From assembly GCA_030390025.1 (NCBI GenBank), contig CM059433.1:620001-684000 (forward strand): 64,000 nt of DNA. Reading direction: 5' to 3'. Within the stretch, counting starts at the first letter, position 1, and each line of letters opens with the position of its first letter. The position numbers and the translations under genes were made by a program. The notes under the pieces are model-generated. The model was not told the origin of the DNA, searched no databases, and was given only the letters and a program-made list of their open reading frames with translations. This document shows positions 24,996 to 36,017 of this stretch, piece after piece. This DNA is from Squalus acanthias (Eukaryota).

Positions 24996-25705
24996 TCGCC
25001 TGACTTCCTGTGTGCAATGCCACGTGAGATTGATTAGTATTAAAAATGTGTATGTGCACACTTCCTGCCCAGCTTCTTGTTGATTTTTGGTCACTCTTTT
25101 ATGTCAACATTTAATATTGAAATTACTTATATAATCACTTAGTTGCCTGTAACGATATAATTGCAGGCTGTAGCCAGTAGGTGCTGGTGTGGATTGAGTT
25201 TCTGAACAAAACTTATATTCTACTGATTGTGACCACACCATCAGCAATTGACTAGTAATAGTATTAATATAATAATGCTAACCTCACACTTGTTATTAAA
25301 CTGATAGGAAGCCATTTTATTTGGAATATATACCGCTAGGTTGTGTGTATTTCTGACCAAATAAGATGATGGCCTAAAATTCTAGTCTAGGCCAAGATGC
25401 AACTGGCCTGGATCTCCAGTAGAGAGATGGAGCCTGGATTCCACACCACTTTTCAGCTCCAGAAATTTGCCGGTAAAATGGCCCCGATGTCAAAGAACTG
25501 TGTGTGGGGGTTGCGGGAGTGGGTGCTCCTGGGAATTCACCCTCTACGCACTTAAAAGGCCTCAGCTGAACTCATGCCAGCTGAGTGCTGGCGTGATGCC
25601 TTTTGAAAGAAGGGATCACCTCATGCCTTGAAGCAATATGGCTGGTGCAGTTTATTTTTATCATTGGCCCAGAAGGTCCTAGTTGCACCTGAGTGACTGT
25701 GGGTC

Positions 25706-25836
25706 ACAAGAGAAAAATACTGTGGATGTTAGAAATCTAAAATATAAACAGAAAATGCTGGAAACACTCAGCGGGTCAGGCAGCATCTGTGCAGTCAGAA
25801 ACAGAGTTAACGTTTCAGGTCAATGACCTTTCATCA
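25706..25836 (-). mobile_element. Penelope-like terminal fragment with a degenerate hammerhead core
   Basis: Minus strand reads tTGATGA-a-AGGTCA-t-TGACCT-GAAA-CGTT-aac. The downstream sequence is homologous to 40780-40880. Confidence 0.65.
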
Positions 25837-26099
25837 AAGCTGTGGGTCACTCTGCCTTACAAGGCCTGATTGGGGCAGGTGCCACTGAAGCACCCTTGCA
25901 AGTGCCAGCAGCCTGTCCCAACCATGCAAGTGACCCCATCCCCAGCATCCGCATTATTTGTCTGGTCAGTTTACAAGTTGTATTGAGAAACTTGTTTGCA
26001 GACCTTTTTGCAAAGAAATCATCCAAGCCAATCAGCCCAGCCATCTGACTGTGACCATATCTCCAAAAGTTGTTTCACTTTTTCTCTCCTTAACCCTAT

Positions 26100-26205
26100 T
26101 CCTACATTACAACAGTGACTGCTCTTCAAAAGTACTTCATTGGCTGTAAAGCACTTTGGGATCTTCTGAGGTCGTGAAAGATGTTATAGAAATGCAAGTC
26201 TTTTT
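26100..26205 (+). mobile_element. Deu-type SINE 3' tail fragment
   Basis: Matches the 3' part of 50316-50790. Similar fragments lie at 34420-34530 (-) and 41505-41610 (+). Confidence 0.65.
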
Positions 26206-26489
26206 TTAAATTAATTTTTAGTTGCGTGTTTTGACAATGAATAAACGGCAGTTGTATTAAAAACATGGTTGGCAGTATTAGACATTTATTTCTGGAGCAT
26301 TCCATGGTAAGGTTGCTGAGGACACTCCTGTGAATTTGTGTTAACGATTTTAAAGTTTTGTCCAAACATTCTGCAGACGACAGAATGGGGGAAAATTCTG
26401 GAAATTAAATCCTCTTGGGAGAACAGAGCAGTCAGAAAATTTGCAATAACCCCAAATAATTACTGAAGAGCTGTTTCCCAGATGTGCAC

Positions 26490-26720
26490 TTCAACAGACT
26501 CTGCTCAATTACTGATCTCAGCCAGAGCAACAGTGTGGCAGTGGGATCGGCTGTAGAAACACCAAGCTGGCAAGGAGAAAAACAGCCAGAGTTCCAATTT
26601 CCGACCAGTATTCAGAGGCTCTGCTGGAACGCGCATGTATGCGGGTATCATGTGAGTATCAGATTAGGCTCAGTTGTGATGGCCATCGTGGTTGAATTGC
26701 TGATGATTCTCTGACCTTCA
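26490..26720 (+). repeat. Old dispersed SINE-like repeat; a second diverged copy lies at about 27560-27860
   Basis: The two segments share colinear diverged blocks (aaaacagccag/aaatcagtaaag; gcgcatgtatg/gtgcatgtatg; ttgtgatg). Family not determined. Confidence 0.35.
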
Positions 26721-26772
26721 TATGATCATTTGGGTGAGATTTTAGAGTGCTGCCAGAATCCATTGAAGTAAA

Positions 26773-27536
26773 CATATATCAATGATTTAGACTTCAATGT
26801 AGGGGACGTGATTAAGAAGTTTGCAGATGATAGAAACATTGGCCATGCCGTTGATAGGAAGAAAGCTGTAGACTGCAGGAAGATCAATGGACTGGTCAGG
26901 TGGGCAGAAAAGTGGCAAATGGAATTCAATCCGGAGAAGTGTGAGGTAATGCATTTGGGGAGGGCTAACAAGGCAAGGAAATATACAATAAATGGTAGGA
27001 TACTGAGAAGTGTAGAGGAACAGAGGGACCTTGGAGTGCATGTCCACAGACCCCTGAAGGTAGCTGGACAGGTAGATAAGGTGGTTAAGAAGGCACACGT
27101 GATACTTTCCTTTATTAACTGAGGCATAGAATATAAGAGCAGGGATGTTATGCTTGAACTGTATAAAACACTAGTTAGGCCACAGCTAGACTATTGCGTA
27201 CAATTCTGGTCACCACATTACAGGAAAGATGTGATTGCATTAGAGAGGGTACAGAGGAGATTTACGAGGATGTTACCAGTACTAGAGAATTTTAGCTATG
27301 AGGAAAGATTGGATAGGCTGGAGTTGTTTTCTTTGGAACAGAGGAGGCTGAGAGGAAACTTGATTGAGGTGTGTAAAATTATGAGGGACCCAGATAGAGT
27401 GGATAGGAAGGATCTATTTCCCTTAGCAGAAAGGTCAATAACCAGGTGGCATAGATTTAAAGTAATTGGTCGGAGGTTTAGAGGGGAGTTGAGGAGAAAT
27501 CTTTTCACCCAGAGGGTGGTGGGGGTCTGGAACTCC
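26773..27536 (+). mobile_element. CR1 ORF2 3' fragment
   Basis: ORFs 26808..27122 (FADD, KWQMEFN) and 27150..27581 (LVRPQLDYC, FTQRVV). Confidence 0.88.
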
Positions 27537-27878
27537 AGAAAGGTCCAATGTTTGTTTCCTTCGCTGTTCAAAGTTGACTAAGCCCAGCTGGCTAGCAGTG
27601 TAGGCACTGCATTTGGCCTCCACATCCCTGAACTAAGGAGTGAAAACAAATCAGTAAAGGATTCCCACTAGTGATTGCTATCCAGTGACTCTTGGTGGGA
27701 GCGTGCATGTATGGATGTTGGGTGAGGGGAGGGTGGGTTTGATTGTGATGTTCCTTTCCCCTCCTCTGATCAAATAGACTCCCAGGGCTCACTGTTCAGG
27801 CTTACGTATGAAGAATTGCTATGTGGTGAGAAACCTTATGGTAGGAAGACTAAGGAGGCACATACCCCTTGAAAAATA

Positions 27879-29090
27879 AGGCCTAGAAATTCGATTAAGC
27901 CCGAAAATGGATGGTGCCACTGTGGGCCAAGGTTAACGGCCACCCGGCTGGATGGTGATTTAAATGAGCGCAGCGCAGAACATCACGTGCAACCCGCTCT
28001 TTCAGGCGGTAACATCAGCAGGAGGCTGAAGGTCGGGTCTAATCTATCTGTGCGGCGTTATCAGGAAACTGCTATGTTTCCGGTTATGTTTCTCACTTGA
28101 CAGAGAGGGTATACAAGATAAATGAAAGCCTAAAAATAGACTAATCTGTCATATTTCAAAGAATGCAACCAATATTTCCGATTCTACTCCTAGAATACAA
28201 ATAAAAGCAACCTATTCTTTTAATACACAGACATAGTGAATAAGCTCTGTTATTACAGAGGCTTTTCACTAAGTCTTTTCAGGATTGTATCTCTCTAGAC
28301 AGTATCCGGATAAGCATTTTGAAAGGGCAATGGTCTATTGGGATTGGGAGATTTGTTTGCAATACTGGATGTCAGAGCGGGCATTGGTGATCCATGAATA
28401 GACCAAGAGATGTGAAAAGTTTACTGGATACCCTGAACACCTGATTATCGATTCGAGGAAAAGCAAATGTACAAATTCCTTCAGAAACCATCGTTCGGTC
28501 TCCTTTCATTGAAAAAGTAATAAGCACACACCTGTTACTTCAGAGAAACAGGATGCATATTCCATACGGATGTTTGTAACAATAACAGTAAACATTTACA
28601 AAGCCCAAATATCATTTCATTTCCAGTTTACTGACACAACTGCAAGCGTTTATTAGTAAGATTTGAAAAACGGGTGTACAAGTGTACATCCTGTGTTACA
28701 CAACTGACCGACAGTAATGGATCAGGCCTTTAGATGCGGGACAAGTCCCCCAGACTATTTTAACCAGATGCTGTTCTGTACATATTGTGCCAGAACTCAC
28801 TGACCTGCTCCGGGTGAGTGCTGGCATGTAACGTGTATACAACAGGCATTCAATCTGCTGATGTGTTTCTGCAGCAATCACCATGAGCCATCTCACTGGA
28901 CTGGACATACTCTGCAGAGTTATTGAAGACTTTGGCGGAGATCTATAGATCTCTGCCGCTTTCTCCCGGGTTGACGCACTGGCAATGGCTGCACGCACGG
29001 GTGTGCTTTGGAGAGGGCGGTAAGAGGAGCAGCAACGTCCAAAATCGCTCAGCCTGCGTCAATTCAGCGTTGCATGCCGATTTTTCTATG
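27879..29090. mobile_element. Possible degenerate non-autonomous DNA transposon
   Basis: Begins aggcctagaaattcg and ends ccgatttttcta, resembling the family-2 MITE TIRs. CpG-rich ends around an AT-rich middle. No TSD seen. Confidence 0.35.
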
Positions 29091-29560
29091 TTTCTATACA
29101 AGAACTGAGAGATTATACCTATCAGGAAAGATTGAACAGGCTGGGGCTCTTTTGTCTTGAAAAGAGAAGACTGAGGGGTGACCTGATAGAGGTCTTTAAA
29201 ATTATGAAAATGTTTGATAGAGTAAACGGAGAGAAGATGTTTCCACTTGCGGGCGAGACCAGAACTAGGGGCCATAAATATAAGAGTCACTAATAAATCC
29301 AAAAGGGAATTCAGGTGAAACCTCTTTACCCAGAGAGTGGTTAGAATGTGGAACTCGCTCCCACAGTGAGTAGTTGAGGCGAATAGTGTAGATGCATTCA
29401 AGGGGAAGCTGGATAAGTGCATGATAAAGAAGGGAATAGAAGGCTATGTTGATGTGGTTAGATGAAGAGGGGTGGGAGGCAGCTCGTGTGGAGCATAAAC
29501 ACCGGCACAGAGCTGTTGGGCCGAATGGCCTGTTTTTGAGCTGTTAATACTGTGTAATAC
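29091..29560 (+). mobile_element. CR1 3' fragment
   Basis: agaagactgaggggtgacctgatagag...cccagagagtggttagaatgtggaactc...gggccgaatggcc. Confidence 0.85.
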
Positions 29561-29935
29561 CAAAGGGTCGCTGGCCCCTGTGGAATTCTATTGCAGCACG
29601 AATGCCCACACTGAGACACGGAGGAGCAAGGGGAGAAAACTGGCAACCAAATCAAATAAGTTGGACACTCTGAAAATTGCCAGCTGCAAAAATATGTTGG
29701 CTGGGGAAGTGAAACCTGTAAAACTAGCTGAAGTGGCGGGAATTGAGGAAACGGCAGTATTAAAAATAAGGTAGCTTCTGTTTTAAACTGTATACTGCAG
29801 TTGATAGTTTGAAGTGGTCTGAACTCTGTTGATGAGTGGAGAGTTGACAGCTGAGCTGCAATTCCCATGAAGATTGTTTTAATTTTCTGGTGTCTCTGTT
29901 CATTTGCAATGACAGTCAGTGTAATAGTTTCTGAA

Positions 29936-31031
29936 ATATTTATGGCGGGGGAGGGGGGGAGGTGCTGGTTGAGTGGGCACACCATCTCATAGTTTCTAAT
30001 ATTTATGGGGGGGGGGGGTGCTGGTTGAGTGGGCACACCATCTCATAGTTTCTAATATTTATGGGGGGGGGGGGGTGCTGGTTGAGTGGGCACACCATCT
30101 CATAGTTTCTAATATTTATGGGGGGGGGGGTGCTGGTTGAGTGGGCACACCATCTCATAGTTTCTAATATTTATGGGGGGGGGGGGGGTGCTGGTTGAGT
30201 GGGCACACCATCTCATAGTTTCTAATATTTATGGGGGAGGGGGGGTGCTGGTTGAGTGGGCACACCATCTCATAGTTTCTAATATTTATGGGGGGGGGTG
30301 TGCTGGTTGAGTGGGCACACCATCTCATAGTTTCTAATATTTATGGGGGGGGGGGGGGGTGCTGGTTGAGTGGGCACACCATCTCATAGTTTCTAATATT
30401 TATGGGGGAGGGGGGGTGCTGGTTGAGTGGGCACACCATCTCATAGTTTCTAATATTTATGGGGGGGGGGGGTGCTGGTTGAGTGGGCACACCATCTCAT
30501 AGTTTCTAATATTTATGGGGGGGGGGGGGGGTGCTGGTTGAGTGGGCACACCATCTCATAGTTTCTAATATTTATGGGGGAGGGGGGGTGCTGGTTGAGT
30601 GGGCACACCATCTCATAGTTTCTAATATTTATGGGGGGGGGGGGTGCTGGTTGAGTGGGCACACCATCTCATAGTTTCTAATATTTATGGGGGGGGGGGG
30701 TGCTGGTTGAGTGGGCACACCATCTCATAGTTTCTAATATTTATGGCGGGGGGGGGGGGGTGCTGGTTGAGTGGGCACACCATCTCATAGTTTCTAATAT
30801 TTATGGGGGGGGGGGTGCTGGTTGAGTGGGCACACCATCTCATAGTTTCTAATATTTATGGGGGGGGGGGGGGTGCTGGTTGAGTGGGCACACCATCTCA
30901 TAGTTTCTAATATTTATGGCGGGGTGGGGGGTGCTGGTTGAGTGGGCACACCATCTCATAGTTTCTAATATTTATGGCGGGGGGGGGGGGGGGTGCTGGT
31001 TGAGTGGGCACACCATCTCATAGTTTCTAAT
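29936..31031. repeat. Minisatellite: about 19 copies of a ~57-bp unit with a variable G run
   Basis: Unit is atttat-G(n)-tgctggttgagtgggcacaccatctcatagtttctaat. Confidence 0.97.
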
Positions 31032-31844
31032 CTGGAAGCTTTTGTAATCCTAAATACCAAGCAGAGTAAAAACGCATACTTGGTATCCATTGGTAAAATG
31101 AATTTACTTGTAAACCACATTGTTTGTGATGAAGACTGTGGCTACCTCTAACTAAACAGCTTATGAGGGACCATTTAAAGACACTTGCATGGCCTATCAT
31201 GTGCTGACGTAATGGCTAATTCATGTGGATCATAAAAACTGTGGTTCAGTAATTTGTAGGTGGTCATGTGAGGCCCAGCCACTTCCTGTTCAGGGACCCA
31301 GGGAGGAAAATAAAACTGTAGGGATGGTGAGAAACTCATGAAAAAATGACTTGTGCCCAGCACCTTATAAAAAAGCATTTCAAGTGTGGACCATAAAAGG
31401 AAGTGCCCATGGTGTCATTGAACCTTTTTTTTCTGTTAACTTCAAGAGCTAAGTAATGACTACCAAGATAATGCTCAGTTTATCTTTTACAAACTGTGGT
31501 TATTAACAGTTCCCTCTTTGTTGGCCCAATTATGAATTCCAGACCATTGGAAATTACATCTGGCCAGCATATCATTGAGAAATAATCTTGTTTGCTTAGA
31601 GCAGCCCTGGTAGTGCAGTTCTTAGCAGTGCCAACTCAACCATGCTACAGAACAGTAAGGCACACATTTGTCTCAATTTTTCTCAATTTCAATCAGGCCA
31701 CCTTGGAGAGTTGAGCCAAGGTGTTTCTCTCAATCAAAGAAAGGATGAATGCAGGCTGTTATCATGGACATCTATCTATATTTTTCTCATGGTGGTAAAC
31801 CTTATAAAAAAGGCCAAATGCATAAACTGATAATTAAATCTGAT

Positions 31845-31847
<3 letters not shown>

Positions 31848-31881
<34 letters not shown>
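31848..31881. repeat. (TA)17 microsatellite
   Basis: Read directly from the sequence. Confidence 0.97.
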
Positions 31882-31885
<4 letters not shown>

Positions 31886-32539
31886 GGTAGCGCAATGCGT
31901 TATCACACAGATGTTTTGAATATTGAGATGTATATAATGAAAGTGGATTAAAAGAAAAAAGCTTGTTAAGGGCTTGCTAACTTCTAATTAATGTCAGGAA
32001 TGCACTTGTTGAATTTAATTGCATGGGAACTGTTGGAGATTTCCTCAATGGAAACTTAGTACAAGAAGAGGGTTTTTCTTGTCTAGTCAGACTTGCCCTT
32101 AGTTTTTCAGTGGCAGAAACCACCAATTTGCTTTGGAGCTTCACTTCTGAGGCTTGTGACTGAGATTCTATTTGAGACATGCATACCCTTGATGGTAAAG
32201 AGTACAGTTGTGGTTTCTGTCTAAAGGAAAGGGGATATTAGTGACCCTGAAAGCTACTAAGCAATCTCATTGATATCAATGGCTCTTAAGATAGTTGTTT
32301 GGATTGTGTGGCACATGTATATCATGCTTTGGAGACCTATGGGAAAAATCAGGAAGGAATAGGCTGTATTTTGGTCTGTGAGAAATGTGTACGACAGATT
32401 AAATCTTTATATGAGATTGCGGAGCATTGTAAAAAAAAAACTCACTGACATTGCTTTCTGTAAGGCTACTGTGGCTACCTCTGCAACTTGCTGCCTCATA
32501 AAGAAGCTGGAAGCTATGGGAGTACATGACTAAATCTTG

Positions 32540-33300
32540 AATTTTATTTTTGGATGTGTACTCCAGCCCAAGATCTGTATAAAGGTAGATGGGAGACACA
32601 TTGAATCTATCTATCTCTCTCAGCAGGAAGCAAGGTTGTCTACTGCCACCCATCCTATTCAATATATTTGTCAGTGATGTGTTGGGTGGCCTCACATTGT
32701 CTGTTCCAGGTATTTCTGAAAGAATTGTGCCCCTCCTTTTTGTAGTGATATATTGTCGGTGACTGCAGCAGTTGAAGTGGCAGCTCACTACCACCTTCTC
32801 AAGGGCAATTGGGGATGGGCAATAAATGCTGACCTTGCCACCGATGCCAACATCCCAGGAACAAATTAAAAAAAAGTCACCTATGGATCTGTTGAATTCC
32901 ACTTACTATCTGGAGCAATGAACTAACCAGTGGGAAATGGCGATGGCTGCCACAAGTACAATATTATGGCTTTGCACTGCTCATGAGGAGATCTCAAAGA
33001 TATTGATTGTCCCAATTGTTCATTTGTATTGACAACTGAGGTTCTGGTGGATGGCGACTTCAGCTTGGATAAAGTCCTTCAGGGCTACAAGGAGCAAAGG
33101 GTACTTTGATCTTCCTTGCCTTTCTTCAAAGGCAGCAAAGTTTCAAAAGCAGTTTAAACTTGTGGCATATAAACATGTGTCCAAACCGTTCTATTTCGTT
33201 ATTCAGAATGCTTAAGCATGCAAAAGAAGAGCTCACTCTGGCTCATGAAGAAGATCCAGGGCCAAGCTGTGAGGTAGATTTGTGATAAGAAAGAGGAAAC
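32540..33300 (+). mobile_element. Highly decayed non-CR1 LINE RT fragment (RTE/L1-like motif), interrupted by a LINE tail at 32765-32875
   Basis: About 32628-32680 translates KQGCLLPPILFNIFVSD, the QGC.LSP.LF type motif. Confidence 0.45.
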
Positions 33301-33439
33301 AGTTGTAGGGAGGAAAGGCTCTGGCGTACACTGAGTGTCACTGAGTACCCCAGAGAGGGGCTTGGCTTCACAATGGGTACACCTCTTTATCACATGAGGA
33401 TGTGGATTAAGGAGTTGATGATGAGTAAGCCTGGTCGAA

Positions 33440-33660
33440 TGCTGCTTTGATGTCAAAGGCAGTCACTCTAACCTCACCTCATGTGTCCATGTTTGGACCA
33501 AGGCTGTAATGAGGTCTGGAGCCGAGTGGTCCTTTCAGAACCCAAACTGAGCATTGGTGAGCAGAATATTGTGTAAATGCTGCTTGATCACACTGTCGCC
33601 GACCCCTTCCATTATCTCGTAGGCTGATAGGGTGGTAATTGGCAAGGTAGGATTTCTCCT
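33440..33660 (-). mobile_element. Fragment of the second non-LTR family
   Basis: Homologous to 63385-63630 (ttgatgtcaa.ggcagtcactct...ccatgtttggaccaaggct). Confidence 0.8.
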
Positions 33661-35180
33661 GCTTTCAGTGTCTGTAGCAATGGAGCCCTAGACCACTTTG
33701 AACTCTGCACCATTTGATACAGTTGATCACACCATTTTCCTCCATTACCCAATGTCAAGGAACTGCCCTTGTGTGATTGCATTCTCACAAACAAGGCCAT
33801 TGTGAGCAAGCAAACACTCTGAATGATATTATGAAGGGCATGATTGTTGGCCCACCTATTGGTTCATGGGTCAGTGGAAGAAATGAATAGGATTGGAGGG
33901 AGCTTAGAGAAACTAACCCCTGAAAAGTGAGGTAAGTGAAATGATCGCTGGGAGTACAGGGTTAGACAGTTGGGTTGCTGCTTTTGAAGAGCCAGTGACA
34001 GGTGCCGTGGTTGGTGTGGTGGAGAATACTAGGTGAGGCAGTGGGGTCATTCAAGAGGGCTCCAACCTGGGACAGTGGCAGGAGAAAAGGTAGGCTGATG
34101 AGAAGTGCTGAATTGGAGGATGGATTGAGGGGCCTTGTACTGGAAAAGGCAAAAGGACATGTAGCTGGAGGGCAAAGCAGCAAAAAAGAAAAATGTGAGT
34201 AGGCAACTTGGATCCAGAGCTGCAGCCAAAATGCGCATGCATCTGGCCAGATGGAAATGTTAAGTTACATGGGCCAGTGGCAGACATCTAGTTGTAGCAA
34301 GGAAGGGTTTAGGGTAGGGGTGGGTAAGGGAGAAAATTTGGGGGCCAGTCTTGGGTGTGGGGGAAAAGGCCTTTGGGTAGGGTACAATGGTGTCTGAAGT
34401 CTGGGTTTGGGGAGTGAAAGAAAGAAAGACTTGTATTTATATAGCGCCTTTCATGACCACCGGACGTCCCAAGGTGCTTTACAGCCAATGAAGTACTTTT
34501 TGAAGTGGAGTCACTGTTGTAATGTAGGAAACGAAGTAGTGAAGGAACAACTTGGAGCTGATGGCAGCAACGACAAGTCCGCAGTCAGTGGAGGAGTGTC
34601 CAGGAGCTAGAGGAGCATGAGGGGTTTATCCAGAAGCTGATGAAGGAGTAAGCAATGATCCAGTAGCTGTCAAAAGAGCAGAGCATGAACCAGGAACCAG
34701 CGAAGATTGATCCTTGCGAACCAGTGGAGGAGCATAAGTGTATGAAACAAACCTATTTGTTGCTTTTCGATCAAATTTCTGGATTTATAAATTTTCACAT
34801 TTCCCAGCTAGCTAAGCAGCTTCAGAAATGTGAAACTGAAGTTCATCGTAGCCATGTACTGATTGGACAGTTTCCACTTGGTGAAATTAATTAATTTGCA
34901 AGCAATGAACCTGATCAATGAAAATCCAGATCTATGGCCAGCATACCTTCCTCAGTAACTTTGCTGCTCAGCCACCCATCCTGCCACAGCCAGAAAACAT
35001 TAACGTCACAAGATAATAAGATATGAGCACAGCCAGTCAGTCCAGATCCTAAAGTTCCTCCTTGCAACATCCAATTGGTTCTTAAATGAATCCGGGTTCT
35101 TATCCTGCATTACTCTATCTTGGAGTCCATTCCCTATGTTGATTACTCTTTGTGTGAAGAAAAACTACTTGATTTAAATA

Positions 35181-36017
35181 GGGCTGGATTTTGTGAATGG
35201 AGGCAAGTTGGAGGTGGGACTGCTGCTTGTCGTGTCAATGTCCCGCCTCCATCCTCGCCTGACCAACCAAAGGGATTTTCCCCTGATTGAGCTTGTTAAG
35301 CTCGTCCTGCGGGCTCAGCAGGCCAATTAGGGGGAAGTCACTGACAGAGAACGTCAATGTCTTATGTGCCACCTGTCAAGACTTCTTGAAAGAAGAAATG
35401 TCAGCGTTTGACAGCTCTGTGCAGCTGTCAAACACTGACATTCTCTTTAGTTTGATGAGTCCTTGTGTTGAGGACTCATCAAACCTTTCAAATTTGTAAA
35501 TTTCACATGGCTGTTGGATCAGAGGTTCCAGTCTGTGAAATTGACAAGGAGGATGTCGGCTCTCCCGATCCACCGCGGCTGAAGGCTGTAGGAAGAAAAC
35601 AAGGTAAGTGAACACTTTTTAAAACTTATCATTCACCTTGCATATTTACCACTCCACACTTGCGCCCATCACTCACCTCTACACCTTACTTCCAGGAGCC
35701 TCCGACCACCGCAGACCTCCTCCACATCTCCTCCAACCCGACGGGTTCTCCGAGGTCGGGAAGCCTTCACCTGTGAAGGTAAAATGGCACTAATCCTTTT
35801 TTCTGTCTGTTAACTACCTGTTAACAGACAGGTAAAAGGATTAAATGCCTTTCCTGCCTCCAGGAGACGGGACCCAAAGCTACACATCTTCCCGCCTCCT
35901 GGCAAAAGGGCACGGAGGTGGGATGGGGCTGGCTTTGCCATCCGCCCCCACTTTCTCCGAATTTGCCGGCTGTCCCGCCTCCATACCCGCCTCCTCAGGG
36001 CTTGGAAAATACAGCCC
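35181..36017. mobile_element. Harbinger-type MITE, family 1
   Basis: GGGCTGGATTTT...GAAAATACAGCCC. Shares internal motifs (gctcagcaggccaatta, ctgttaactacctgttaacag) with 8087-9074. Confidence 0.8.

Noticed and set aside
25371..25700. Another MITE beginning ggcctaaaattc
   Set aside because: No matching second TIR or TSD could be found.
29936..31031. CRISPR-like array of repeats and spacers
   Set aside because: The intervening sequences are only G homopolymers, not unique spacers. There are no cas genes and the context is eukaryotic.
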